From NCBI GenBank assembly GCA_046313635.1, contig JBKBYA010000009.1, positions 1-64,000 on the forward strand: 64,000 nt of DNA. Direction: 5' to 3'. Numbering within the stretch: position 1 is the first letter of the stretch; each line of letters begins with the position of its first letter. Position numbers and translations under genes: made by a program. Positions 1-9,726 of this stretch are shown here, one piece after another. The notes under the pieces were generated by a model. The model saw nothing but the letters and a program-made list of their open reading frames with translations, did no database searches and was not told where the DNA came from. The DNA comes from Pyrinomonadaceae bacterium. Its GTDB lineage: Bacteria > Acidobacteriota > Blastocatellia > Pyrinomonadales > Pyrinomonadaceae.

Positions 1-68
1 TCTTAGTCCCCCGCTCCCGACGCGCGCTCAAAGTGTCGAAACAATCGGCTTATCTCTAGTTGACCTTT

Positions 69-337
69 TCATGAATAAATGTATACCTCAGACCGCTGCT
101 GTTCGAATTTCTTCAGGACGTAAGCGGCAAGGCCGCCGACCACCTTGCCCTCTGAGATCGCCGCGCAAGGGATGAACGTTTCACTGCTCAGGAGCGATAC
201 GAGGTAATCGTCGGACGGTGCTTTTGCCTGATACGTTTCCGGCTCGCCGAATACCTCGCCGAATAGACGCAGCATCTCCCTCATCGAAACTTGAGGTCGG
301 CACGAACGAATTCGATTCCTTGGGTCTCGACGGCCAA
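69..337 (-). pseudogene. Truncated AAC(3)-I-like GNAT aminoglycoside acetyltransferase remnant
   Basis: Translation [18 protein letters not shown]...PSDDYL..LL.SETFI...[23 protein letters not shown] resembles AAC(3)-I. It stops (TGA) right after YIY, before the acetyl-CoA-binding motif A. The 5' end also appears frameshifted. Confidence 0.7.
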
Positions 338-1453
338 TTACAGATTCCCGCGCCTTCGCTGCTCTTCCTCGATCGAGACAAACAGCGCCTTGAAATTGCC
401 CTTGCCGAAGCCCTTGCATCCCTTGCGCTGGAGGATCTCGTAAAAGACCGTCGGGCGGTCCTCGACCGGTTTCGTAAAGATCTGCAGCAGGTAGCCCTCG
501 TCGTCGCGATCGACGAGTATGCCGAGACGCTTGAGATCGTCGATGCTCTCGTCGATCTCGCCGACGCGGCTCGGGATCTCTTCGTAGTACGTGTCGGGGA
601 CGCGGAGAAACTCGACTCCGTTCTCCTGCAGCCTGGCGACGGTGTGAAGAACATCCTTGCACAGCAGAGCGACGTGCTGCGCTCCGGCCGACCGGTAGTA
701 GTCGATATACTCCTGGATCTGCGATCTGCCGCCCTTGCCCTCGGCCGGCTCGTTGATCGGGAATTTGATATTGTGTCCGCCGTCGCTCATCACGATCGAC
801 ATAAGCGCCGAGTACTCGGTCGAGATGTCCTTGTCGTCAAACGTGATGTAGCGCTCAAATCCCATCACGTCGCGGTAGAAATCGCACCAGTAGTTCATCT
901 TGCCGAGCTCGACATTGCCGACGATGTGATCGACGAGCTGGATGCCGACCTCTTGGCCGTCGACCCGCTGCTCGGTAAAGCCGGGCAGGAATACGCCGTT
1001 GTAGTTGTGACCGTTGCCGGCCGTGTTGTACGAGTAGAACGAATGGATCGTGTCGCCGTACGTCGCGATCGCCGCGTGGCGCACGCGCCCGCTGTCGTCG
1101 CCGATGTCGCGCGGCTCGACGACGGGGCGTGCTCCGCGTTTTACGGCCTCGTTAAACGCATGGTCCGCATCCTCGACCTGGAACGCGATGTCGCGCACGC
1201 CGTCGCCGTGGAGCTTGATGTGCTCAGCGGCCGGATGCTCGGGCGTGAGCGGCGTGGTCAGGACAAAGGTGACTCGGTTTTGCCGCATCACGTAGCTTGT
1301 CGTGTCTCGATTGCCGGTCTCAAGCCCCGAATACGCGACGCGCGAAAAGCCGAAAGCCTTGCGATAGTAAAACTCGGCCTGCTTAGCGTTGCCGACGTAA
1401 AACTCGACGTGATGGATCTTTTTAAGCCCAAGTGGATTCTTTTCTTCTGCCAT
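338..1453 (-). CDS. hppD: 4-hydroxyphenylpyruvate dioxygenase
   Basis: [43 protein letters not shown] motifs; 371 aa. Confidence 0.97.
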   Translation of the reverse strand: MAEEKNPLGLKKIHHVEFYVGNAKQAEFYYRKAFGFSRVAYSGLETGNRDTTSYVMRQNRVTFVLTTPLTPEHPAAEHIKLHGDGVRDIAFQVEDADHAFNEAVKRGARPVVEPRDIGDDSGRVRHAAIATYGDTIHSFYSYNTAGNGHNYNGVFLPGFTEQRVDGQEVGIQLVDHIVGNVELGKMNYWCDFYRDVMGFERYITFDDKDISTEYSALMSIVMSDGGHNIKFPINEPAEGKGGRSQIQEYIDYYRSAGAQHVALLCKDVLHTVARLQENGVEFLRVPDTYYEEIPSRVGEIDESIDDLKRLGILVDRDDEGYLLQIFTKPVEDRPTVFYEILQRKGCKGFGKGNFKALFVSIEEEQRRRGNL

Positions 1454-1705
1454 AGCATTTAATTATCACTACTACTTCAAGCGGCCGCCAAATCCGTCGA
1501 GCGGCCAGCTCGTCCACGGCCGATCGGCGGTCGAATAAAATAAAATCCTATGTCGGCTACCTAGCAGACAATCTTTCTTGCATTTCGCACAATAGGCATC
1601 GTTATAATTCACTACACCCGAATGTTCTGGGCACGGTGCTCGGTCCGTCGTTCAAGTGCCCTTTTAGCCTGTTCACGTCTGTCAAGCGAAAAAAGGTAAG
1701 CATCT

Positions 1706-2428
1706 ATGCACGATGCCAATTTAAGTCTGTCACTGGACAACAGGCTGCTACGCGCGCTGCCTGACGACGAGCTGCGCCTGCTGCGGCCGCATCTTGAGTT
1801 CGCTTCGTATCGCCCCGGCGTCATCCTTGCCGAGCCGGGCGACAAGGTGCGTCGATGCTACTTTCCCGGCAAGGGAATGATCTCGCTGCTCTCGGTCACC
1901 GAGCAGGGAAACACCGTCGAGGTGGGCTACACGGGCCGAGAAGGAATGGTCGGCCTGGCCGCCCTTCTCGGCAAGAACGAGATCTTGTACCAGCAGCTGG
2001 TTCAGTCCGAGACCGATTGTCTTGTCGCCGATGCGGCGGTTGTTCAAGACCTGTTCGACCGCGGCGGCGAATTTCACGATCTGCTCCTGCGGTATATGTA
2101 CGCGCTGCTCAAGCAGATCTCGCAGACCTGCGTGTGCAACCACTTTCACACGATCGAGGCTCGTCTGTGTCGATGGCTGACAGTGATGTGCGAGCGCTCG
2201 AGCTCGGGCCGACTCGCGGTGACGCAGGAGTTCCTTGCCCACATGCTCGGCGTACAGCGCACGAGCATCGGGCTGATCGCCAACGCGATGCAGCGGGCCG
2301 GCATTATCCGTTACAGCCGAGGTATCGTTGAGATCATCGATTTTGACCGCCTCAAGGCGTCGGCCTGCGAATGTTACTCGATAGTGAACGCCGAGTACGA
2401 AAATCTCTTTAAGAAAAAAAGGCGGTGA
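1706..2428 (+). CDS. Crp/Fnr family transcriptional regulator
   Basis: cNMP-binding-like N-terminus (VEVGYTGREGMVG); RLCRWL and TQEFLAHMLGVQR HTH; ACECY tail. Confidence 0.9.
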   Translation: MHDANLSLSLDNRLLRALPDDELRLLRPHLEFASYRPGVILAEPGDKVRRCYFPGKGMISLLSVTEQGNTVEVGYTGREGMVGLAALLGKNEILYQQLVQSETDCLVADAAVVQDLFDRGGEFHDLLLRYMYALLKQISQTCVCNHFHTIEARLCRWLTVMCERSSSGRLAVTQEFLAHMLGVQRTSIGLIANAMQRAGIIRYSRGIVEIIDFDRLKASACECYSIVNAEYENLFKKKRR

Positions 2429-2510
2429 GCCTCGTCGCATCCTGCCGCGTCACCGCCGATCGCGGCAGCGTCACGGCCGGTCCGAGCGCTCCCAAATAAA
2501 CCGAAGTTTC

Positions 2511-2885
2511 GTGAACAACCTGTCGCCCACAAAAAAGCGAATTCTCTGCGTAGAGGACAACGTCGATACCTGCGAGCTCCTGGCCGTCCTGCTGCGCGAT
2601 TTCGAGTTTGAATACACTGACTCGGTCTCTTCGGCATTTGAGGCGATCGCCCGCGTACGCCACGACCTCTATATCCTCGACAACTGGCTGCCGGACGGGT
2701 CGGGTCTCGAGGTCTGCCGAGAGATCCGCAGGCTTTATGACGACGTGCCGATCATCTTCGCCTCGGCGGCGGCTCAGCGATATGAGATAGAAGAGGGCCT
2801 TGCCGCGGGAGCGAACGAGTATCTGCTCAAGCCGTTCGACCCGGAAGTGCTGCGTCGGGTTGTCAAAGATCTGATCGGAATGTGA
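2511..2885 (+). CDS. Single-domain response regulator (receiver only)
   Basis: ILCVED, ILDNWLPDGSG, PIIFAS, YLLKPF. Confidence 0.9.
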   Translation: MNNLSPTKKRILCVEDNVDTCELLAVLLRDFEFEYTDSVSSAFEAIARVRHDLYILDNWLPDGSGLEVCREIRRLYDDVPIIFASAAAQRYEIEEGLAAGANEYLLKPFDPEVLRRVVKDLIGM

Positions 2886-2889
2886 AGGA

Positions 2890-3813
2890 CTACGCGGCTA
2901 TCCGCGAGATATACCGTTTTGTCACCTCTTTAAGCTCCGCGTACGACGGGATGACGTAGAGAACCTTTTGCATCTCTGAATAGTCGTAATCGGTATTGAT
3001 CACCTCATCGAGCTCGAAGGGCCGGCGTTCGACCTCGTCGCCGAATGCGTGCTCCAGCTCGCCAAAGCTCGACAGCAGGCCCGCGCCGTAAGCCTTGATG
3101 TCTCCGTCCTCCTCGATCAGACCGAATTCGACCGTGAACCAATAAAGCCTTCCTAACTCTTCGATCTGAGCATCCGTCGCGACGCGCGCGCCGTGGCCGA
3201 TGAACTGCGAAAAATCAGCAAAGTCTCGGTTGGTGAACATCGGGATATGGCCGATCGCCTCGTGCACGATGTCGGGCTCGGGCGTGTACTCGGGCCGCGA
3301 GTGATGGCGAATGTACTGCGTCGAGAGCATCGTCCGGTACGAGAGCCAGCTCAGAAAGGCGCGCGTATCGACGAGCCCCTCGACCGGCGCGAGGCGAAAG
3401 TTTGTAAGCTCCTTGAGCCGGCGATTCATCTCGGTGAGCTGCGGGATGCGGTCATTCGAGATGCCGAGATCCTTCTTGGCCTGCAGGTAAAATCTGTTCG
3501 CGCGTTTTTGATGCAGCTCCTCGAGGCGTCCGGCGACCGTCTGCCAGATCTGCTGCTCCTCGTCGGAGTATTCGACGTCGGTTATTACGCCTGTTTCGCG
3601 AAACTGCTTTGCGAGGCTCGCGATGTAGTCGCGGCGTTTGCGGTATTCGGGATCGTTGGCTCCGGGATGGTCGAGGTGAAGCTCGTTGATGTTCTCGAAC
3701 GGCATGTCGGTGAATGCCGGCAGGTCGGCATCCGAGACATGAAAATTGTCGATCTTAAAGTCAGGATCGCCTGACCTGCTTTCGGCCGCCGCCGTCGTTG
3801 AATCGGTAAACAT
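2890..3813 (-). CDS. phhA: Phenylalanine 4-monooxygenase (aromatic amino acid hydroxylase)
   Basis: [39 protein letters not shown] motifs; AGGAGG RBS upstream of ATG at 3813. Confidence 0.93.
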   Translation of the reverse strand: MFTDSTTAAAESRSGDPDFKIDNFHVSDADLPAFTDMPFENINELHLDHPGANDPEYRKRRDYIASLAKQFRETGVITDVEYSDEEQQIWQTVAGRLEELHQKRANRFYLQAKKDLGISNDRIPQLTEMNRRLKELTNFRLAPVEGLVDTRAFLSWLSYRTMLSTQYIRHHSRPEYTPEPDIVHEAIGHIPMFTNRDFADFSQFIGHGARVATDAQIEELGRLYWFTVEFGLIEEDGDIKAYGAGLLSSFGELEHAFGDEVERRPFELDEVINTDYDYSEMQKVLYVIPSYAELKEVTKRYISRIAA

Positions 3814-4008
3814 CTCGAAGAGCCTCCTCGATGGATCGCAAAAATTGTGATGCCCGCCCCGCACGCGCGGGTTACCCGCGAATAACTCATTTTAATGAAT
3901 GTAATAAATAGATTGAATGGGATATTTAAATAAATCGGGGCGATGCGGTTTACATCGTTAGTTTGTTTGACCGAGTCGCTTTACAATCTCCGACGAGAGG
4001 AAAGAGCG

Positions 4009-4446
4009 ATGCATTTGGACGATATCGACCGCAAGATCCTGAAAGAACTGCAGACGGACGCGCGGACGAGCTTTGCCGAGCTCGGGCGCCGCGTCGGCCT
4101 GACCACGCCCGCCGTGATCGAGCGCGTCCGCAAGCTCGAGGACGCCGGCGTCATCGTCGGATACCGCGCCGAGATCGACACCGCCAAGGTCGGCTGTCCG
4201 ATCACCGCGTTCATCCGGATGAGCATCACCGGTGTCGACTACAGCCACATTATCGAGGTCGCCGAGGAGAGCAGCGAGGTGCTCGAATGCCACCGCGGCA
4301 CCGGCGGCGACTCCTTCATCATGAAAGTCGCGGTCTCCTCGGTCGAGCACCTGCAGGAAGTGATCGACCGCCTGACGCCGTACGGCATCACGACGACGAC
4401 GATAGTGCTGTCGTCGCCGGTGAAGGCGCGCAATTTAGAAGTGTGA
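4009..4446 (+). CDS. Lrp/AsnC family transcriptional regulator, divergent from phhA
   Basis: LDDIDRKILKELQ.DAR..ELGRRVGLT HTH; C-terminal RAM domain; AT-rich intergenic region 3880-3935. Confidence 0.93.
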   Translation: MHLDDIDRKILKELQTDARTSFAELGRRVGLTTPAVIERVRKLEDAGVIVGYRAEIDTAKVGCPITAFIRMSITGVDYSHIIEVAEESSEVLECHRGTGGDSFIMKVAVSSVEHLQEVIDRLTPYGITTTTIVLSSPVKARNLEV

Positions 4447-4465
4447 TCGCTATTGAAGGCGCGGC

Positions 4466-4858
4466 TTACTTGAGGCGTTCGAGTCGGCCCTTTCGTTTGA
4501 CTACGTTCTTGTAGTCCCACTGTATCGACTCGGACTTTGCGAGCCAGCGTCGCAGGTCTGCAAGATCGATCTGATCGGCCGAAGTGTAGGTCACGGATGC
4601 ATCTTTGAACTTGCCCGTTCCCGGCGTGAGACCGTCCTCGTCAAAATCCGCTCCGCTCCAGAACATCAGCCGCACGCCGCTTTTCAGTTTGCTGTACCCG
4701 ACGATCGGATTGCCGTCCAGGAACCAAACCGGATGAGCGTGCCAAACTTTGCACTCGGCGCCGGTGAGTCCGCGGCTGATCTCTCCGGCGAGCAGATCGC
4801 AGATCTCGGCGTCGGCCGGCGGCAGGCTCTTGTTGTATGCGGTCACTTCGGCTTTCAT
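4466..4858 (-). CDS. DUF1801 (YdhG-like) domain protein
   Basis: KVWHAHPVWFLDGNPIVGY..LMFWSG, IQWDYKN. Confidence 0.8.
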   Translation of the reverse strand: MKAEVTAYNKSLPPADAEICDLLAGEISRGLTGAECKVWHAHPVWFLDGNPIVGYSKLKSGVRLMFWSGADFDEDGLTPGTGKFKDASVTYTSADQIDLADLRRWLAKSESIQWDYKNVVKRKGRLERLK

Positions 4859-4923
4859 CGCAACTTAATACTGTCGGGTCAATTAGCGATGCGGCCTCGT
4901 CGCAGCTGCGTACGATGTCGCGA

Positions 4924-6483
4924 TCACTGATCCCACGCGACCTTGCTTCGCAGACGCATGACCGTGCGTTCGAGCCCGATCGTCTCGAAGACCGAGAGCA
5001 TCGACGGCCCGACGGCGACGCCGGTCAGCATCGTGCGGGCGCCGTTCATTATGACGCCGAGTTTGGTGCCTTTCTCTTCGGTAAATTGTTTGACGACGCG
5101 TTCGATATGCTCCTCGATAAAAGGTGTCGATCGGTCGGCGAATTCAGCCTCGAACCGGACGGCCAGCTCGGGCAGCCACGTTTGGAGGTCGGGGAACTTT
5201 TTCAAATTCTTTTCTACCGCCGCCGGATCGAAGTCGAAATCCTCGCTGAAGTACGCGCGGCCCTGCGAGGAAAAATCCTTGAGCGTGAAGAAGCGCTGGC
5301 GGATGAGGTCGACCGTGTGCTCAAACCACTCGCTCGAGCCGGTCTCGCGGGGCTCGGAACCCGCCCGCTCACGCGGGTGGTTCTGACCTGCATCCTCATA
5401 TTCCTCGCGCCAGAGTTTGTTGGCCCTTAGCTCTTCTTTGACGAGCGGCAGCAGATCGGCAAGCGGCATCGTGCGGATGTACTCGGCGTTCATCCAGATG
5501 GCCTTGTCGTCGGTCCAGCGTTTGGCGTCGCCTTCGTGGAAATTGAAGACGGCGTTCGAGCGGTGAATGCCCTCGAGCGAGAACTTCTCGATCAGCTCCG
5601 GCATCGAGTAGATCTCCTTCTCCTCGCCCGCAGACCAGCCGAGCAGCGCGAGAAAGTTGACGAAGGCCTGCGGGATAAAGCCCGCGTCGCGGTACGTCGT
5701 CAGGCTTACGATCTCGCCGTGCTTTCGTTTTGAGAGCTTGCCTTTATTCGGCGCGAGGATCAGCGGCAGATGCGCGAACTTCGGCGGCTCCTCGCCGAGC
5801 GCTTCGTAGATCAGGATCTGCTTGTGCGTATTGGTCAAGTGGTCCTGCCCGCGAATGACATGCGTGATGCCCATTTCGATGTCGTCGCAGACTACCGCGA
5901 GATTGTAGAGCGGATGGCCGTCGGAGCGGAGCAGAACGAGATCCTCGATCTCGCTGTAGTCGCGCTCCTGCAGGCCGTAAACGGCATCCTCGAAACTGGT
6001 CTTGCCGGCGGCCGGGACCTTCAGACGGATCGCGAAGGGTTCTCCTGCGGCGGCGCGGGCATCGGACTCTTCCTTCGACAGTTCGCGGTAAGGGTTGTCG
6101 CGCATATCGCGGTCGGCGCCGTGCTGGCGGGCGCGTTCGGCGATAGCCTCTTTGACGTTCTTGTCGCTGGTCTGCTTCTTCGGCGTGAAGTCGCGATACG
6201 CACGGCCGACCTCGAGCAGGCGGCGCGCCGCGGCGCGGTGCTTATCGGCGTTGTCGGACTGGAAGATCGTCTCTTCGTCCGGCGCGAGACCGAGCCACGC
6301 GAGTCCCTCCAGGATCGAGCGTGTCGACTCGTCGGTCGAGCGAGCGAGGTCTGTATCCTCGACGCGGAGCAGAAACTTGCCGCCGACGTGACGGGCAAAA
6401 AGGTAATTGAAAAGTGCCGTGCGGGCCGAACCGATGTGAAGGTAGCCCGTGGGCGAAGGCGCGAATCTGACTCTAACCGTCAT
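4924..6483 (-). CDS. gltX: Glutamate--tRNA ligase
   Basis: RFAPSPTGYLHIGS (HIGH), LRVEDTD, THVIRGQDH, KLSKR (KMSKS). Confidence 0.96.
   Translation of the reverse strand: MTVRVRFAPSPTGYLHIGSARTALFNYLFARHVGGKFLLRVEDTDLARSTDESTRSILEGLAWLGLAPDEETIFQSDNADKHRAAARRLLEVGRAYRDFTPKKQTSDKNVKEAIAERARQHGADRDMRDNPYRELSKEESDARAAAGEPFAIRLKVPAAGKTSFEDAVYGLQERDYSEIEDLVLLRSDGHPLYNLAVVCDDIEMGITHVIRGQDHLTNTHKQILIYEALGEEPPKFAHLPLILAPNKGKLSKRKHGEIVSLTTYRDAGFIPQAFVNFLALLGWSAGEEKEIYSMPELIEKFSLEGIHRSNAVFNFHEGDAKRWTDDKAIWMNAEYIRTMPLADLLPLVKEELRANKLWREEYEDAGQNHPRERAGSEPRETGSSEWFEHTVDLIRQRFFTLKDFSSQGRAYFSEDFDFDPAAVEKNLKKFPDLQTWLPELAVRFEAEFADRSTPFIEEHIERVVKQFTEEKGTKLGVIMNGARTMLTGVAVGPSMLSVFETIGLERTVMRLRSKVAWDQ
5360..5387 (-). 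repeat. REP-like palindrome GTCAGAACC(A/G)CCCGCGTGAGCGGGCGGG inside gltX
   Basis: Near-identical to three copies at 54422-54686; CC.CCCGC-GTGA-GCGGGCGG hairpin. Confidence 0.85.
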
Positions 6484-6532
6484 AAACGATTAGTTTGTTG
6501 CATCGCTAACGCTGAGGCAAGGGCGAGCGGCG

Positions 6533-6937
6533 TCAGGCGTCCTTGTTGCTCTCGTCCCAGGCCTTGGGCTCCCAGAGCTCGACCTTGTTGCCGTCGGGGT
6601 CCATGATCCACGCGAACTTTCCGTTCTCGTGAGACTCGGGGCCGCCGACGATCTCGACGCCCGCGTCTTTGAGCTGAGCGAGCATTCCGTCGAGGTCGTC
6701 GACGCGGTAGTTGATCATAAAGCTCGACGCACTCGGCGCGAACCACTTTGTGTCGGGCGCGGCCGTCGTCCAGACGGTCAGCCCGCCGTCGTCGGCCTTG
6801 TCATTCTCCCATCGAAGGATCGCGCCGCCCCAGCTCTCGAGTTCGAGACCGAGACGGTCGCGGTACCATTCGGCAAGAGCCTTGTTGTCGCCGGTGCTTT
6901 TGAAAAAGACGCCGCCGATGCCTGTGATCTTTGCCAT
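6533..6937 (-). CDS. VOC/glyoxalase family protein
   Basis: MAKITGIGGVFFK, FMINYRVDDL, GKFAWIMDPDGNKVELWEP; ATG at 6937. Confidence 0.9.
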   Translation of the reverse strand: MAKITGIGGVFFKSTGDNKALAEWYRDRLGLELESWGGAILRWENDKADDGGLTVWTTAAPDTKWFAPSASSFMINYRVDDLDGMLAQLKDAGVEIVGGPESHENGKFAWIMDPDGNKVELWEPKAWDESNKDA

Positions 6938-7310
6938 CAAGCCTCCATTTGCGCCGGAGCGGCCGGCAGTACGTCGCTTCGACGCAGAAGCGCCGCGCTG
7001 GCGAGTGTGACGATCACGCCGACCGGGAGTATCTCCATCAGCGTCATCCCAAAGCGGACAAAAAAATTCTCGTACATCTGCATGAACTGCTCGCTCTCGA
7101 GCCGAGCCTTTTCGATCTCGGCGTCGGACGCACCGCCCTGCTTCATCTTGTCGAGATAGTATGCCGTGTACTTTTGCAGAAACTCCTGATCGCGGCCCGT
7201 CCGGTGATAAACCTCCCAGCTCGCTGCGTAGCAAACGGCGCAGATGAGACTGATCAGGAGGCCGACCTGCAGCCTTTCAGAAAGGTTATGCGGCCGCCGT
7301 TGTTGCCAAA
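6937..7310 (-). pseudogene. 5'-truncated, frameshifted DUF4199-like membrane protein
   Basis: NNGGRITFLKG / LQVGLLISLICAVCYAASWEVY...MYENFFVRFGMTLMEILPVGVIVTL. A one-base shift occurs near 7270 and no N-terminal half is present before the tRNA. Confidence 0.7.
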
Positions 7311-7439
7311 ATTATTAATCTCGTCTGCCGGGAGGGCGTTCGCAAAGCAAGATGGCCGATGGACCGCAAAGTCCACCGGCCGTCGGTATCGTTGCCTCTT
7401 CATCTCAAATGCTGGATCTGAAACTCGAGATCAAGGATC

Positions 7440-7530
7440 TGGCGGAGACGACAGGATTCGAACCTGTGGTACCCTTTTGAGGTACAACGGTTTAGCAAAC
7501 CGCCGCTTTCAGCCACTCAGCCACGTCTCC
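7440..7530 (-). tRNA. tRNA-Ser(GCT)
   Basis: Reverse complement GGAGACGTGGCTGAGTGGCTGAAAGCGGCGGTTTGCTAAACCGT...GGTTCGAATCC...CTCCGCCA; long variable arm; encoded CCA. Confidence 0.97.
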
Positions 7531-7553
7531 AAAGCTGCTAAAACCGAATTTCA

Positions 7554-7581
7554 ATTCTAGCCTGCGAGGAAACTTTGTCAA
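7554..7581 (-). promoter_or_regulatory. sigma70-type promoter for tRNA-Ser
   Basis: TTGACA-N16-TAGAAT on the minus strand, ~25 nt upstream of the tRNA. Confidence 0.75.
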
Positions 7582-7752
7582 GGCATAGGGCATCTCAGAC
7601 TGCGTAAACAGCGGACTTTGAATGCTTGACTTGCCCGGGTTTTGAAAACAAAATATCAGGGCTACCAGATAGGCGGGGCGCTCTGCATTCGCGTTACGGA
7701 TCGAAGCGGCCGGCAGCGAATTTTCCTCTCCCGGCGGCAAGCAGTTGGCACT

Positions 7753-9492
7753 GTGATCTCTTTAACGAATCATAAAGCACTTTTCATCGCGATCGCTGCT
7801 GCGATCGGCGTCTTCGCCGCGCCTGTGCGGTCGCCGGGTTCGATCGTGCCTGATCCCGCCGCCGCCGAGACGCGAGGCGGCTTGGGCGTGATCAAGGGAA
7901 TTGTCCGCGATCGCGCCGGGAGCGCTATCGCCGACGCGACCGTCGCGATCTTTAGGGTCGGCACGTCGCAGCTGATCAAGCAGGTCCGCTCGGCGTCGGA
8001 CGGCAGCTTTATTGCGAGGATCGTACCTGGCCGTTATACCGTCCTGGCGGTAGCCGAGGGCTTTAATCCGATCACGCTCGCCGAGGTCGACGTCAACCGC
8101 TCGGCCGAGCTTTATTACGGCTTCGATCTCGAACGAGCCGGACTCGGCAACACCCTTCCGGAAAAGCGCGTCGACCGCAACAATTCGAAATGGCGGATCA
8201 GGTCCGCGGCGCTCCAGCGCTCGATCTACCAGACTGCCGAGGGAGCCGAGCCGATCGTCGAGGCCGACGCAGAGCTGTCGACCGCCGGCGATGACGATCG
8301 CTCGCGCGCGACCGCTCCGCAGACCGTGGTCGAGACATATTTTGCCGGTTCGGCATCGGGCGGCTACACGGGCTTGAATTTTGCGGCCCTCTTGCCCGCG
8401 GGAGCAAAGGCGACGGTCGTCCTGGCCGGTCAGACCGGCAGCGGCCGGGCGGCGCCGCAGCGTTTGGAGGCGTCGGTCAGATATCGGCCGCGCGACGATC
8501 ATCAGTTCAGCTTCCGGGCCTCGGCCGCGCGTATCGGAGCGGTCGAGCGCGACGGCGGCGAGCGTTCGCTCGGACAGGTCTCGTTCCAGGCCCTCGACGA
8601 ATGGACCGTACGCGAAGGCTTGATCCTCGTCGCCGGGCTCGACTACTCGAGATTTGTCGGCGCCGGCAATGACGCAGTATTCTCGCCACGCGTCGGCGTC
8701 CAGTTTGACATCAACGCAAAAACGCGTTTCCGCGGCTCGTACGCGACCCAGACCGAGAAAAAGAGCTGGTCTGAAGCGATCGAGCTTGAAGGTGCAGAGG
8801 TCGCATTCCAGGAGCCGCAGTCGATGAACGACATTGTCGTCGAACGCGGCCGTCCACGGATGGACCGCAGCAGCCGATTCGAGTTTGGCATAGAGCGCGT
8901 CCTCGACAACCGCTCGTCGATCGAGGCTGCGGTCTTTGCGGACCTCACGCTCGCTCGCGGGGTCGGGCTCTCGCGGCTGCCTTTTGACGCTCTCGACGAC
9001 GGCGGCTTTGCGGAAATGGTCGGCAATCAGCAGGGCAAGGCGCAGGGTTTCAGGCTCGTTTATAGCCGACGCCTCGGCAGCGGCATCTCGGCAGGTGCCG
9101 GCTACTCGTTCGGCAGCGGCCAGCGTCTCTCGTCCGACGGATTGACCGACCCGTCGAAGCTTTTCGAATCAGACTTTTTCCAGACGATGTTCGGCCGCGT
9201 CGATGCAGACTTCAAGACCGGCACGAGCGTCCGCACGATCCTCCGGCTCTCACCAAGAGCTACCGTCTTCGCGGTCGATCCGTTCCAGGGCCGGCTGGCG
9301 ATCTACGATCCGAGCCTCAGCGTGCTCGTCATTCAAAAGCTCCCGACGCTCGGCTTGCCGTTCAATGCCCAGGCCATTGTTGACGCTCGCAATCTCTTTG
9401 ATTTCCAGACGGGAGCGGCCGGTGATGACGGCGTCCTCCGTTTGAATTCGCAAGGTCGGGCCCTCCGCGGCGGCATCCTCGTCAAGTTTTGA
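7753..9492 (+). CDS. Outer-membrane beta-barrel (TonB-dependent receptor-like) protein with N-terminal carboxypeptidase-regulatory-like domain
   Basis: Signal peptide; GIVRD..G.AIADATV...GSF...PGRYTV.A.AEGF domain; FSPRVG-type barrel strands; C-terminal Phe. Start codon uncertain. Confidence 0.75.
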   Translation: MISLTNHKALFIAIAAAIGVFAAPVRSPGSIVPDPAAAETRGGLGVIKGIVRDRAGSAIADATVAIFRVGTSQLIKQVRSASDGSFIARIVPGRYTVLAVAEGFNPITLAEVDVNRSAELYYGFDLERAGLGNTLPEKRVDRNNSKWRIRSAALQRSIYQTAEGAEPIVEADAELSTAGDDDRSRATAPQTVVETYFAGSASGGYTGLNFAALLPAGAKATVVLAGQTGSGRAAPQRLEASVRYRPRDDHQFSFRASAARIGAVERDGGERSLGQVSFQALDEWTVREGLILVAGLDYSRFVGAGNDAVFSPRVGVQFDINAKTRFRGSYATQTEKKSWSEAIELEGAEVAFQEPQSMNDIVVERGRPRMDRSSRFEFGIERVLDNRSSIEAAVFADLTLARGVGLSRLPFDALDDGGFAEMVGNQQGKAQGFRLVYSRRLGSGISAGAGYSFGSGQRLSSDGLTDPSKLFESDFFQTMFGRVDADFKTGTSVRTILRLSPRATVFAVDPFQGRLAIYDPSLSVLVIQKLPTLGLPFNAQAIVDARNLFDFQTGAAGDDGVLRLNSQGRALRGGILVKF

Positions 9493-9726
9493 TCCAACAC
9501 TATCGGCCTGGCTTTTTGAAGCTGCGGCTTCGGGCTCCGCGGTCTCGCGCGTCCGAATTCTCGGATTGAACTGCGAAAAACTGTAGCCTCTTGCGGCAGC
9601 GGGCCGACATTTCTCATTCGAGCTCGCTCAAGTGTTGTAAAATAAAGGCCAAAACCAAGGTCTGCGGCGGGTGCGAATTGGAACATTCGTTGCGTAAATC
9701 GCACCGGAGAAGTTTGCCTAAAATCC

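Noticed and set aside
1..70. attC site / integron cassette for the aac(3)-I-like remnant
   Set aside because: No convincing RYYYAAC...GTTRRRY pair and no integrase in view.
218..1462. Long antisense ORFs (also 18404-19843, 20878-22158, 42369-43631, 50692-51951 and others)
   Set aside because: They mirror well-supported genes on the opposite strand, are expected in high-GC coding DNA, and show no recognisable motifs.
7440..7530. tRNA-Sec (given selB in the window)
   Set aside because: The anticodon is GCT with an ordinary 7-bp acceptor stem, so it is tRNA-Ser.
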